NCBI RefSeq assembly: GCF_006345805.1
Contig: NC_043000.1
Span: 162,006,001-162,070,000, forward strand
Reading direction: 5' to 3'
DNA length: 64,000 nt
Origin: Octopus sinensis
Lineage: Eukaryota
The position numbers and the translations under genes were made by a program. Every line of letters begins with the position of its first letter. The first letter of the stretch is position 1. Positions 37,561 to 50,780 of this stretch are shown here, piece by piece. The notes under the pieces are model-generated. The model did not search any database and was not told the DNA's origin. It saw only the letters and a program-made list of their open reading frames with translations.

Positions 37561-37735
37561 TTGGCCCAGTGGTTAGGGCAGCGGACTCGCGGTCGTAAGA
37601 ACGCAGTTTCGATTCCCAGACCGGGCATTGTGAGTGTTTATTGAGCAAAAACTCCTAAGCTCCACGAGGCTCCGGCGAGGGGTGAACCCGGCTGTACTCT
37701 TTCACCACAACTTTCTCCCACTCTTTCTTCCTACT
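37561..37735 (+). mobile_element. tRNA-headed SINE family C, 3'-truncated
   Basis: tggcccagtggttagggc...gtttcgattcccagaccggg; matches 38586. Confidence 0.8.
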
Positions 37736-38369
37736 TCTTCCACAAAGCAGAGGAACCATGGTGTAACCCACTATGGTGTGGTAAACTTTCAGACCCTAGT
37801 CTAGACTGTGAATCCTCTGTACCTCAGGATGGTTCAGCCCTCCACCCGTTAAAAGCCTGCGTTTACGGAATGAGTATAACAACGTAGCTTTCGCGCCCGT
37901 GCAACCGCCAGTCTATCGCGTGTGGTGGGTGGATATTCAAGTTGCCACACGCATTCTTAGTAGCTTAGAGTAGGCTCGAATTAGAGATTATTCTTTGTGG
38001 CTAATGACTTGAGTCCTGATTGGAAGAAGAAGACAACAGCATCATTAATAATACTGTCAATTCTATAACATTTTGCAATATAATTAATATAATCGCTGTA
38101 TATAATACCTATACAATTTTGCTTATGATAAACAATCTATATGATTATTGTAGCTTTCGTTAATTTTGGAACAGCGCAAATTCTTTAAAAGTTTTGCGCT
38201 AAAGATGCATAACAAAATTTATGTTGTCTCGTCTTAACTCTACAAATTATATTCACTTCACTCTAAACTGGTGGTGACGATAATGATGAAGTTGTTGATT
38301 CTGCAGGTTGGCCTAATGTGATGCCAACTCTTCCGTTGATCCCCGTGAAAGTTTTGCAGTTTTCACGTG

Positions 38370-38557
38370 CTGTATTTTCCGGCATACAAGTCATATACAG
38401 TATAAAGATTTAAACAGCGTCACTATATTTCCAAATCGTGCTACATTTCACATAAAATTTGGCTCTTCCAAAGTTGTCTTGATGTATAAGGTGATCTACA
38501 TTATTTTGACTTAAAATTTTGGTCTGAAAAATTCGACATGTATGCCGGAAAATACTG
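38370..38557. mobile_element. pogo/Tigger-type MITE
   Basis: TIR c(t/a)gtattttccggcataca(a/t)gtc at both ends; TA at the right end. Confidence 0.75.
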
Positions 38558-38585
38558 TAGATAAGGGCAGTAATAAATTACGATT

Positions 38586-38905
38586 GGAGGCGCAATGGCC
38601 CAGTGGTTAGGGCAGCGGAATCGTGGTCGGAGGATCGCGGTTTCGATTCCCAGACCGGGCGTTGTGTGTGTTTATTGAGCGAAAACACCTAAAGTTCCAC
38701 GAGGTTCCGGCAGGGATGGCGGTGACTCCTGTTGTACTCTTTCGCCCCAACTTTTTCTCACTCTTTCTTCCTGTTTCTTGAGTAACGCTGCGAAGGACTG
38801 GCGTCCAGTCCAGCTGGGGGTGGGGGGACACATGCGCCATAGAAACCGGGAAACCGGGCCCATGAGCCTGGCTAGGCTTGAAAATGGCGAAAAAAGAAGA
38901 ATAAC
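38586..38905 (+). mobile_element. tRNA-headed SINE family C
   Basis: A-box tggcccagtggtt, B-box gtttcgattccc, (AAG) tail. Confidence 0.85.
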
Positions 38906-39311
38906 TTACGATAGAGCGTCTACAAGTCATTCAACGAGCTAGCAATAGTAGCCACGTCTCCCTAAGATAATACCGTTTTTAAAACACGTGAGACTAATGT
39001 AGTGCTAGATACTCAACATCTGAAAGAGACAGGATGGTCATAACTGAAACAGTCTAATCAACGCAGAGCTGGGAAAATAATAATAAAACAAACAACAAAA
39101 ACAAATAATAACAAGACAGTTCGTAGTTGTTAAAATTTTATAAAAAAGGAAAATAAATTTCACAGTTCCCAGTTATGATTTATAAAATGAAAAATAAAAA
39201 AAAAAACTATGTAATTTTTTTTTACCAGTATCATTGATTTTTAAAAGTTTCATTGAGAAAGGTCAAAAAAAAAATCAAAAACATTTATATACAACATTTC
39301 ATATATATATA

Positions 39312-39343
<32 letters not shown>

Positions 39344-40043
39344 GTACTAACGCACACACACACGCACGCACACACATCACATTTCACAATATATATATAT
39401 GTGTGTTTATTTTATTTTCCTAAGCCTGTCAAGACTTTGAATGTATGATGTGCTTTCAAGAGGGCGAAAACGATTACACATTCACATCCCACACACGCAT
39501 CTATGCACTTATATATGCACATATAAATACATATAATAATGTCTGCGTATTATATATAATTTACGCATGTGGGCATATATGTACACACGCACATGTAAAT
39601 TTATGTAAAATTCACATATGCATATATATATATATATTATACATATACATACATACACGTAAATTTATGCTGTATAAAAGTTACATGCATATACACATCT
39701 GTATGTAAAATGCATGTACATATAGTTGTATGCATAAATTTATAGTGTATATGTAGTTGCATGCATTGATTTATACCTGCACACGTTTGTGTATATGTGT
39801 GTAGAAGATTGTTTTGTGGTCCCACTTTGGTCGAGCTGTGGTTTGCAGATGCATCATAATCATCATAGAAAATATACAGTGAAACAGCAGTGACATGAAA
39901 CTGTTTTTAAAAAATTCATTTATAAATAAAATATGTACACAGGTATATGCTCGACAGTATATGAATTAGTGGAAATAAATACGCACACAATTTTAGTATG
40001 TAGCATACACATACAACTTTGGTGAATGTGCGTGTGTGTATGC

Positions 40044-40079
<36 letters not shown>

Positions 40080-40609
40080 GCCAGTTTTCCAAAATGGAAG
40101 TTGAAAATGACCTCTGCAGAATAAAATAAAGTTTTAATGTAAATGTGTTTAGAAAAATTGAATTTACCTTTAATTGTATTGTAAGTATGAAACTAATAAT
40201 GCTACTTTAGCCTCTTCCCTAATCTTTATTGAATTCATTGTCAAGATTATCTAAATTAGCTCAACCCATTTTTATGTATTTTTACTGTATATTGGAAGGA
40301 CAGCAGCAATGTAGAATGAAGATGCATGAAAGGGTATTCTAACTAGCGTTTAATAGTTTGTCGCCCTTTGCTATGGTCACACATGATGTCATTAGAGTAG
40401 GTGCATTACCATCTACTAGAAAGGTTTTGCTATACGTTGCATTCGACATTGATGATTTCTTGGTTTAGATAAACACCAGTGGAAACTGGGTTGATCTGTT
40501 AGGGAGCTTATGAAATGTATTAACGCATGAAAGTAACACTTTTAAACGAATGAATATATTGTTAGACGTGGACGATACTTTTACTGCGCTTCGGCGGAAT
40601 GAGTATATC

Positions 40610-40640
<31 letters not shown>

Positions 40641-40646
40641 TACATA

Positions 40647-40925
40647 AGGGGTAAAGGGTAAGGACCCCCTTCGGTCATGAATGACCATGGGATTGCACCT
40701 AGAAAGTTACCCTCCTAGACACAAGTCCGGGCAAGGTTGTTTATGGAAGACCAGCAGTCGCCCATGCATACCAGCCTCCCCTCTCCACCCCACTAGTGTT
40801 ATTCAAGGGAAAGACAAAGGTCGATACAGCTTGGCACCAGTGACGTCGCAACCCATTTCTACAGCTGAGTGAACTGGAGCAACGTGAAATAAAGTGCTTT
40901 GCTCAAGAACACAAAACGCAGCCCG
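40647..40925 (-). mobile_element. SINE-like family D, headless
   Basis: Minus: cttgagcaaagcactttatttcacgttgctccagttcactcagctgtag...gtcattcatgaccgaagg; classification from resemblance only. Confidence 0.55.
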
Positions 40926-41107
40926 TTTGTATCTAAATTGTATCACACAAAAGAATACGTATCAAAACTTTGTGCACATCGACCACGATATGCTGAGCGT
41001 TCTATAAAAACGCGTAATATATATCACTGAAGTTTATCTCTACAGATTTTAGAAAGAATTCAGAACCAGCACAAAAAGTTACGACGTTTCGTAAACAAAT
41101 ATGTTGA

Positions 41108-41156
41108 TGGGTGTATATGCATATTTCAAGAGTTATTGCTCTTTCATCAGCACCCA
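41108..41156 (-). ncRNA. Canonical type I hammerhead motif
   Basis: Minus: TGGGTG, CTGATGA, AAGAG[CAATAA]CTCTT, GAA, palindromic ATATGCATAT, A17, CACCCA; all stems perfect. Confidence 0.8.
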
Positions 41157-41172
41157 CCACTTAATGTTTGGA

Positions 41173-41214
41173 GCTGATGAAAGAGCTTTAACTCTTGAAA
41201 TATTCATATACATC
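41173..41214 (+). ncRNA. Degenerate inverted copy of the 41108 hammerhead
   Basis: CTGATGA, AAGAG[CTTTAA]CTCTT, GAA, ATATTCATAT, A; stem I lost. Confidence 0.55.
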
Positions 41215-41443
41215 TATTACATATTTTTTTCCATCTTTGATCGTACTGTTTACGTAAACGTATTCGCTTACAAAACGTCGATACTTGCAAGTTTTGGCTC
41301 TGAATTCGATGGAAATGGGGACGTCGCACTGCTAACACAAGATAAGACAATACTGTGTTGTGAACCTGTCATATACTTGGTAGAATATTTTGGTTGCATA
41401 ATTAAATACTGTGTCATTGCCAGCAATTTATATGTATATATAG

Positions 41444-41812
41444 TCTTTTACGCTTTTACACGTTTCAGTCATTTGACTGCGGCCAGTCAAATGAAATCGA
41501 CTCTAGAACTTATTCTTTGTAAGCCTCGTACTTGTTCTATCGTTTTATTTTGCTTAACCGCTAAGTTTCGGGAACATAAACACACCAACATCGGTTGTCA
41601 AGCGATGGTGGGGGACACAGACACAAAGACACACACACTCATATATATTTATGCGACGGTTTACTTTCAGTTTCCGTCAACCAGATCCACTCACAAGGCT
41701 TTGGTCAGCCCGAAGCTACAGTGGAAGACACTTGCCGAAGGTGCCACGCAATGAGACTGAACCTGGAACCATGTGGTTGAGGAGCAAGCTTCTTACCACA
41801 CAGTCACGCCTA
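41444..41812 (-). mobile_element. SINE family B
   Basis: Reverse complement of the family B head, body and tail. Confidence 0.85.
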
Positions 41813-43321
41813 TATAAGAGAGAGATCAAATACATTATTTGAAACGTGTCTAAGAAATTCTGTTCTGGCAGGTTATACTGGAAGTTTTAGAATTATTTTT
41901 CACTCTTTTCTATTGCACATGTAAAAAAAAGAGAGAGAAAATGGACCAATGTCAAGTTTGTTGTAATTGTTTTTTTTTAGCTTTTGATTGTCAAACGTAA
42001 ACAAATATGGAGGATAACACAAGGAAAATTTTATACGTTAAAAGAAAAAAAACAGAGAAGATAAAAATGAGCGGCGACTACATGTAGTCATTTACGAACA
42101 GTTAAACCTTAAAAGATAATTACAAACCAAGAAATACCTGAAGAAATAAGACATAAAAGATCATCCCGATAAATCTGGAGCTGCAGTGTGGATTATATCT
42201 CCACACATTTTGTTATTTGTACGAGACTAAATTTCAAAGGAATCATCATCATCGTCGTCGTCGTCGTCATTACTGTTTGAAAATTTAGTCTTGATTAAAG
42301 GAACGGTTCAGCATGAAAACATTTCACTTAAAAGAACCAATGATTGGGTGTTATACTGGATTGTTAAACTGAAATTTTACGAGAGAGGGGGGAGGGAGAC
42401 GGAAATTTACACAATTTCTAATATTAAAAAAGATTAAATGTCTAAGAGTAAACGTCTAAGATTACCAATTTTCGAATTATTAATCTCTTTTAATGTACGT
42501 ACGTCAGTAGCCGTGTGGATCAGGTCATTACTTTCTATCCTTTATTCAGAAATAGAGTTTTCTAGAACAACCTAGAACTATATACACAGGAATAAAAACA
42601 TCAAATGACGTCGGGAATCAGACTGATCGAAACGTTGAACGGATGATCATTTAAACAAAATATTCCGCTCTAAAAATGAGTTTAATAGTCCGAGATCTTC
42701 TACTCATTTGAGTAAATCTTGCTTAGCTTCATATTTCTCATAACCATTCCCGCCTTTTTTTTTTAATCATGAATAATATACGTAAGACTACACGTGTCCT
42801 TCATTTCCAATTGCAATTTGGATGATTTGGCTGCAAGTGATAGTTTGGGCATGCACTCGATGTACGGATTCCTAAAATAATCACATGTTGGTGATATGTA
42901 ATTACAGCAGATTTTTGTTTCCATGGAAACCGACAACATGAGGTACATGCAATGATTTTTGTTTAGCAACAGATAGCAAATTTTCTGGTTTGAGAATGTT
43001 TATTTTCAAAAGATATCGATACATTTCACCTTGCATACTTCCGATGGGAATAAAAATGAAAATCGCACTAAAGAAATTACATGACAGTTGATGAAATCAG
43101 ACTTACGGTAGCTGTAGTCACATGGAAATTTTGTTGACATAGTAACCGTCTCTAAACACAAACCAAGTGTAACGGCATTGTTTTTGAAATATGTCGGCAT
43201 TGGTTATTTGGCAAAAATTAAAAATTCTTTGATTTTTGAATGGAATACCTTGATCTTTGGATATTGAAAAGTTTACAAATAACTAAAGCATTTTTAAAAT
43301 CTTAATCCTTAAATCCTGAAA

Positions 43322-43865
43322 TATGTTTCAGCCCGAAGGCTGCGGCCATAGGGCATCACCGTTGAATGAGCTACACTAGTATGTGAAACCACCTCTGATA
43401 CGTGGCACTTGATCAACAAGGGAGTTCGACGCCGCTGCCCGCATCTGTGTTTCCTGCCGAGAGGTAGGTTCATCTGGAACCCCTGACAAGAAGAGATCCA
43501 GTTTAGTTTTAAAGAAACCCACATCCACACCATGCAGGTCTCTCAGTCATTTAGGAAGGATATTGAAGAGCTGTGGTCCCCTGAAACCCAAGCTGTTGCA
43601 GTTTCTGGTCCTGTATTTTGATGGTGATGTTGGGATCATTGGCACCATGCAGTGGCGCCCCGTTCTGCTGTTGGGGTAACTTTGAATACCAAAATTCGGG
43701 ACAAGACCCTCCAGGATTTTCCAGATGTATATCATTGCATATCTTTCCCACCTTCGCTCCAGGGTTTTAATACTTTCAGTCTTTCCCAGTAGCTGATATG
43801 TTACATTGAGACGATCTTCTTAGCTTCGTTGGATTGTTTCGAGTTCTACTGTTAACTTTATATTG
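43322..43865 (-). mobile_element. CR1-like 3' end with intact terminal hairpin
   Basis: IYIWKILEGLVPNFGI..RTGRHC..LGFRGPQLFNILPK..KLDLFLSGVPDEP; ends ggccgcagccttcgggctgaaac. Confidence 0.88.
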
Positions 43866-44479
43866 TGTGGTGACATTTTTTCCTCACTTATTGTAAATAA
43901 ATTCCTGTGATAGCTTTGAATAATTTAATATCTTATAATTTGGCACCCAACAATTTCTGAAGTATTAAAATTCACGTCTTCCCTGCGATTTTTAATTTTT
44001 ACCTCAAAGGAAGTGACGCCAACGATCTCACTTGGTAAGTACAACTACAGAAACAACCATCAAAAGAACATTTATGGTAGAAAATATTTGCCCAAAGTGC
44101 CTTGTACTTCGGGATCGAAACTGAAGCAACATGATTGTAAAACGACCTTTTTAACATGCCTATAGATTACAAGAGATGTGCGTGTCTCAAAGCTTCGTTG
44201 CCAATTGGAGGAGGAAGGTGAAAAAGACCGTCACATGGATTAGTGCCATTGATAGTTTATGTCGGCAATAGTAATGGCAGAGTTTTAAAGAATATCCACA
44301 TTGTGGTGCCGTGAAATGAAATAAAGACTAACATTTCAGGCAGAGTACAATTCTTCACACAGCACAACATATACCATTTCTAGATTGTAGTTAGCAAAAA
44401 CTTGCAGCGATGTTGTGTATTTTCACGAGAGTAATTAGAATTATTAATTTTTCTTAAGTTAGTATTTATTCTGTATACC

Positions 44480-45830
44480 AGAAGCTATTAAAATTTAGCC
44501 AACTTTCGGCTTTATATCATTTTGTTGCATTTAATACTTTAACAACAAATCTAACAAGAACCTGATTATTGGTCACCGAGGTATGTCGTAAATACATAGT
44601 ATACATTGTAAATACTATAAGTTTACCGGAGACCAACACTGATGAGAATTTCTAACATAGCCACAAAGTCACTTAATTCAAGGAAGCGTGTCGAATAGTA
44701 ATATATATTTCTGTTGATATAGCAACCTATATCTTGGACTTAATCAGGCGACCAAACAATGAATATTGTGATCTCACTTTTCTGAGTTCGAATTACAGTT
44801 TTAAAGTTTGCTTGTTATGTTTTAGAAACCGGAAAATAAGCTCCAGTAATATGCTAGTGATCCAAAGAAAATGCCCCACAGCGGTGGCCCCTAAACTATT
44901 TACTATCTATTTGGGTCGTCATACGCAATTTCCTCACAAAGAAAAATTCCTATAATGTCCTCGGACTTTAATGAAGATCAATGTCCTTACCCCACGGTCA
45001 ATAGCAAAGTAGTGTTTTATGGAGGGAATTCTTAACAAAACTCCATCCCCGATAAAAAAATATATATAAAAAGTGTCTAAGGAAAACAAAATCAATAGAA
45101 AATTATGGAGGATAGTGTGCGGGTGGCAGCTTTGATACCCGTTTTAGTTAGAAACTTGAGTACAGTTATAGACTTGAAAACACTACTCTGTAAAAGTTTG
45201 CTCATTGTTATGGAGAAAATTGTGGTAATGGAACTTAAGATATTTATTTATCATGGTTTATTATCAAAGTTAACTGATGATAATCTCGGAAGTTCGAGAG
45301 AATGGCCGGCTCATTTGCAGTTACTTGCAATGAGCAAAATAATTATTCAAGATATCCAATGATCCAATCAGGTTAGCTTCTAATATTGGAGAAATTCTGT
45401 AATAGTTAGAAGCTTCAGCAGCTAAGCTGTGGCCTGTCTACCAGTAAGAATGGCGATTATTTTTGTGCATATTCTTTAGGAGTAAATATATCCTTGTACG
45501 CACAAGAATTTACCACACAACTAAACATTCTCCAATGCATTCAATCAGACATAAAGGCATAAACATCTGAAAATCAGTTTATCTTACTTGCAATTGTTTT
45601 TACGTATATATCTTCTAGAAGACATCAAAGTATGGGGGGAAAATGACCGCCATCAATATATTTTCTAGCCAGAACTTCTACGATTTTTAAAAACTGATTT
45701 AAGCCCTCACTAGTTTGCTGGAATTCTAATTTAGTTTTCATATAATTTAAACTCCTTTATAATTACTACTAGATATTGATATAAAAAGAATGGAGGGGTG
45801 GCAAACATTTTGAGCACCGGATTACACTTG
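44480..45830 (+). mobile_element. Possible very old Tc1-like element
   Basis: Weak ordered motifs VLWRE, GGSL and EWPA, plus a right end ggggtggcaaacattttgagcacc resembling Tc1 TIRs. Confidence 0.3.
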
Positions 45831-46929
45831 GTCTAGACTTTCAAATTAGCTAAAGTCAACTTTGCTTTTTATCTCATGGCCTTGGATAAAAAATATATAC
45901 CACAATAGTTTCAGATAATTATATTTCACTTTCACGAATCTGTGTTCGTTTACTGGGCTATATTTACAAACTAGACTTAGTATCTGGTAGTATGCATTTT
46001 ATCATGTAATAAGGGCCGACAGAAAGCCATATAGTAATAGTAGCGGTAAAATGAAAGCTTCCATACTTAATGCGGTAAACTGCAGTAGAAATTAGTTATA
46101 ATACAAATAAGTTATTAGCGTTATTGAAAAATACTCTCAAAGAGGCAAGGAAGAAAATAGTAAATTTCAACTCACCCAAAAATTAAATGGAGATGTTTAG
46201 GTGGGTAAGTCCATTTAATTTCTACTAGGTATGGCAGCAATTGCAGACAAATTTATAAAAGTACTAGTTTCTCATCCAATTAGCTGCGACCATACCATAT
46301 TTTTATATATCTCGTACGGCATAGATCTGTGGACTCTTCGTTTTATACGACGATAAGGTGTGATTTCAGAGAGATCTAGCAGCTATTTTTAGCAGGTCAA
46401 GTGATCGCATAAGGAAACGCCCGTTCGATACTGTTAAATCTGTTTTTCTAAGAAATCCTCACTATTATCATCCTTTGATTAATTAGATTGGATAATTTTT
46501 ACGCATTTTACAACTTCCAAACAACGTTATTAATTTCAACATAGGTTAATATTTAAAAAAAATTATTTTATAACTTTGAGATTTTTGAAAGAAGTATATT
46601 TTCCCACCACTAAAAAGTGGCTAAAATTAGGGTCAACTGTCAAAAATTATGCAAAATAAATCAAAATTAAATAAATTTAAGATTAATAATTTAGGTATAT
46701 TTTAAGCTTAAAAACAGAAGACTAAAGACAACTTTTAGTTTTTAAACATTTATGAAAACTTTTTCAGTCTATCCCTGACTAATGATAAAAGGTTTCATCT
46801 TAGATATTTAGATTTTCTTCGTTTTTTTTTTTTAAAATCTTTTTTTTTCTTTTTTAATGAAAACAGCATAGCTGAGAAATCAATAAATACAATACTGGTA
46901 CTTCTAATGAGAATTTCTTTCTACTTTGA

Positions 46930-47690
46930 GTACAAGGCCTGAAATTTGCTGGGCAGGAGCCTAATCGATTGCATCAACATCAATAGTTGATTGGTAAATT
47001 ATTTTATCGACCCCGGAAGAATGAGAGGCAAAGGCGACCTCGGGGGAATTTGAACTCAGAACAAAGCCGAACGAAATGTCACTAAGTATTTTGCTTCGTT
47101 GGCACGTCGGACAAAATGCTTAGCAGCACGTCTTCCGGGTTTACGTTCTGAGTTCAAATTCTTCCGAGGACGACTTCGCCTCTCAGCCTTTCGGATTCGA
47201 TAAAATAAATTACCAATTAAGTACTGGGGTCGATGTAATCGACTTACTCCCTCCTCCATATTGCTGGCCTAGTGTCAACATTTGAAACTAAGAATTTCTT
47301 ACATCGACACAACCCCCAAAATTTGTGGAGAGTGGAACAGTACTTGACTGGTACATAAGTTTATCCTATCTCGAAGGATGACAGGCAAAGCTGAGCCTAG
47401 CTGAATTTGAACTCAGAAAATATAAAACTCTAACATATATCGCAAGGTACTTTGATGCACTAACGATTCTGCTAAACCATATAATAGTGATTTCTAACAT
47501 AGGCACAAAGACACACATTTCGTGGGGAGGGAAACAGTAAATTATATGAAACCCCAATACTTGACAAATACTTTATTTCTGTAATCCTCACCAAGAAATA
47601 TATGGACAGCAATTCGCACCACGGCAGGATTTTAACTCAGAACGTAAATGGACGATACTCAATACTGTGAAGCAATTTTTCAAAAGCTCA
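46930..47690. mobile_element. Cluster of at least 3-4 decayed SINE-A copies, including a head-to-head pair joined at ~47098
   Basis: Repeated aatttgaactcagaa (minus) and ttctgagttcaaatt (plus). Confidence 0.7.
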
Positions 47691-48028
47691 CATGATTATG
47701 TCAAAATATCATCAAAAGTATCAAAGATTTTAAACTTTCACCACCTCTCTCCCTATAAATCATATACACAACGTGGTTATAGAGTTTTCTTACTGATAGA
47801 GATGGAGTCACCAGGTAAATAAGGTAAAAGATATTAGAGGGGAAATTAAGAGGCACACATACGGGGAAATACCACAGTTTTGTTAAAGGATCTTGGAAAG
47901 TAGTTGTGTATGTGTTAATCTAATTGTTTGTAAATACGTATGTGTAATTTTGAATGCATATCTACTAGCATATTTGATGAGTTTTAGGGTACACGTTCGT
48001 TTTGGAGTGCGGAAGTGGATGTACATTA

Positions 48029-48072
<44 letters not shown>

Positions 48073-48291
48073 CGTTATATATATATATAATTTATCATCA
48101 GCATTATCATAAGAGATCCACCGTTAGTCGAGGACAATAAGATAATGTACCACAGTCAATATCGCAATCTAGTGACTAATCGAGTCTACTATCATAACTA
48201 ATTGTATTACCGAGACAGATGAAGCAAACTGCTTCTACCAGCTCCCGGCAACTACTAAGCTATATTATACTTTCCCTGTACTGGAAATTAG

Positions 48292-48614
48292 AAATTAGAA
48301 AAAAAACCACCTTTTATCAATTCAATAATGAAAAATTTAATTATACCATTTAGAAAAATTATATATTATAGAAAGATTAAATATAAGATAAAACATAATA
48401 AGTAATGTGCAAAATAATAAAAAAAAAACATATATTTGGTATATATATATATTATATACCAAATATATACGTTTTATTTATTATTTTGCATATAACTTAA
48501 TCATTGTTATGTTTTCTCTTAAATTTAATCTTTCTATAATATGTAATTTTCTAAATGGCATAATTTAGTTTTTCATTATTGAATTGATAAAAAGTGTTGT
48601 TTTTTTTCTAATTT
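48292..48614. repeat. Imperfect AT-rich palindrome, ~155-bp arms
   Basis: aaattagaaaaaaaaccaccttttatcaattcaataatgaaaa... mirrored by ...tttttcattattgaattgataaaaagtgttgtttttttctaattt; centre ~48453. Confidence 0.85.
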
Positions 48615-48624
48615 ATATATGATT

Positions 48625-48683
48625 TTGATTTTGATTTTTCCAGTTTCAGCTAATGAGCTGTGGCCATGCTGGGGCACCGCCAT
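48625..48683 (-). mobile_element. ~45-bp CR1/SINE-B 3' stub with (AAAATC)n tail
   Basis: Minus ggcggtgccccagcatggccacagctcattagctgaaac. Confidence 0.7.
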
Positions 48684-48764
48684 TTATATATATACTATAT
48701 TTCGTGAAATTTGATTTAGTATTTCTAAACTGAATTTTTCCCTGTAAGTTTGGAATAATATTCC

Positions 48765-48819
<55 letters not shown>

Positions 48820-49266
48820 CATGCCCGTAGTGTATATAGATATTCATTAATGTTTTAAGTGTGCATGTATATTCCAAAGTGAAATATAACATATAGGTTA
48901 CATTCTTTTGTGAATATGTATATGTTAGCTGAGTATAAACACACATATATTTACATAAAGTGAAAGTTTGATGAAAAATGTGTAAGTGAAAAAAGTGCAG
49001 ACGAATACCCAAGCAGTTCATGTGTGTACACAGTAAAAAAAAGAAGAAAAAAAACACAAACAAACAAAAAAAAAACACTCAACACTGATCACAGCTAGTT
49101 CGTAAGTTCAATACCAACAGTTGGACTGTTTTAAATCACATTCGTGTGTGTGAGTGTTATCGTTTAATGCTGTAACATCAATCTTTTGTTTTTCTTGAAA
49201 TACACACACACACGTATTTGTGTATGATTCTGTGCGTGTGTGTATTTTTTTATACATATGCAAATT

Positions 49267-49298
<32 letters not shown>

Positions 49299-49343
49299 TA
49301 TATATATATGTATACATATATATACATATATATGTATATAATA

Positions 49344-49379
<36 letters not shown>

Positions 49380-49481
49380 CATACATATATATAACATATA
49401 CATACATGCTATCTATGCACATAACAGGTGCGTGTGTGTATATATGTCTATATATATATATACATACACACACATATGCAT

Positions 49482-49518
<37 letters not shown>

Positions 49519-50384
49519 TACACACGTCACACATACATATATACATGTCTGCATATGAAAGTACACATGAACATATGTATATTATTGAATATAACTACCA
49601 GTGTGCGTATATACTTAATCGTGTGATTTGCATAACACAAACACACAAAAAAACCTTGTGAAACGTAAGTCTCCCAGGCGCTGGGAAAAGACAGTTAAAT
49701 AATGCCTTATTTAAGTGATACCTTGTCTATATGATGTATATGTTTGTGCTCATATATTATCCACATACACACTCACACGCGCGCAACACACACAATTATG
49801 TGCATGCCTGTCATAGTTTGGAGATGTCTGTGTATTTAAACCTCTCTGTTCTCATTTAAAATATTCACAAATTGGAAAATTGTCCTATTATATTTATTTC
49901 AATGTGCTTTCTTTTTAAAAAATATATTAAAGAAAAAACACACGTAAAAAACAACCCAAACTCCTCATACAAAAAATATAAAATTTCAGCAACTCACCCC
50001 AACATCTACCTTTAAAAAAACAACAAAAGAAAACCCACAAAAAAAAAACCGGAAATTATTTACATCTACGGGGTTTTTTTGTGTTATCTTTTCCTCTGAG
50101 AGAGATAGATGATATCTGATCATTCTAGGCACCATTGAATCTGTTCACCTTTTAAATTGCATTAGTTATGTAAAATGTTAAATTTATATATATATATACA
50201 CATATATATATATATATATATGCCCATTTAATTGTGTCCCTCGTTAGTTATAAAATATTTAAAAAAAATTTTTTTATGTTCTTTTTAACTAGTTTCAGCT
50301 CAGTTTTTTGTAAATGTTTTTGCTCATTTATTTGTTATGTTATTGCTTTTTAAAATTGCAAAAAATAATTTTAATTGGAAAATT

Positions 50385-50409
50385 ATATATAATATATATA
50401 TATATATCG

Positions 50410-50447
<38 letters not shown>

Positions 50448-50481
50448 ATCGTATACATACATATCGTATATATATACATCG

Positions 50482-50519
<38 letters not shown>

Positions 50520-50730
50520 ATATATATATATCGTATACATACATATCGTATATATATACATCGTATATAATATATATATATCACATATATCACATATATA
50601 TATATATATCACATATATATATATATCGTATATATATACAATCGTATATATATATATATATCACATATATCACATATATATATATATATCACATATATAT
50701 ATATCACATATATATATCATATATATATCT
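50385..50730. repeat. (AT)n microsatellite with CG and CAC interruptions just 3' of the SLCO stop
   Basis: Direct reading. Confidence 0.9.
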
Positions 50731-50780
50731 CATTTAATTACTAGACGTGTCAATATTTTTAATAATTATTAGGTAAGATT

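Noticed and set aside
38586-38660. tRNA-like sequences at SINE heads
   Set aside because: A and B boxes are present but no full cloverleaf; they continue into SINE bodies, so they are not tRNA genes
42605-42650. ctgatcgaaacgtt motif
   Set aside because: No valid core or stem I arrangement
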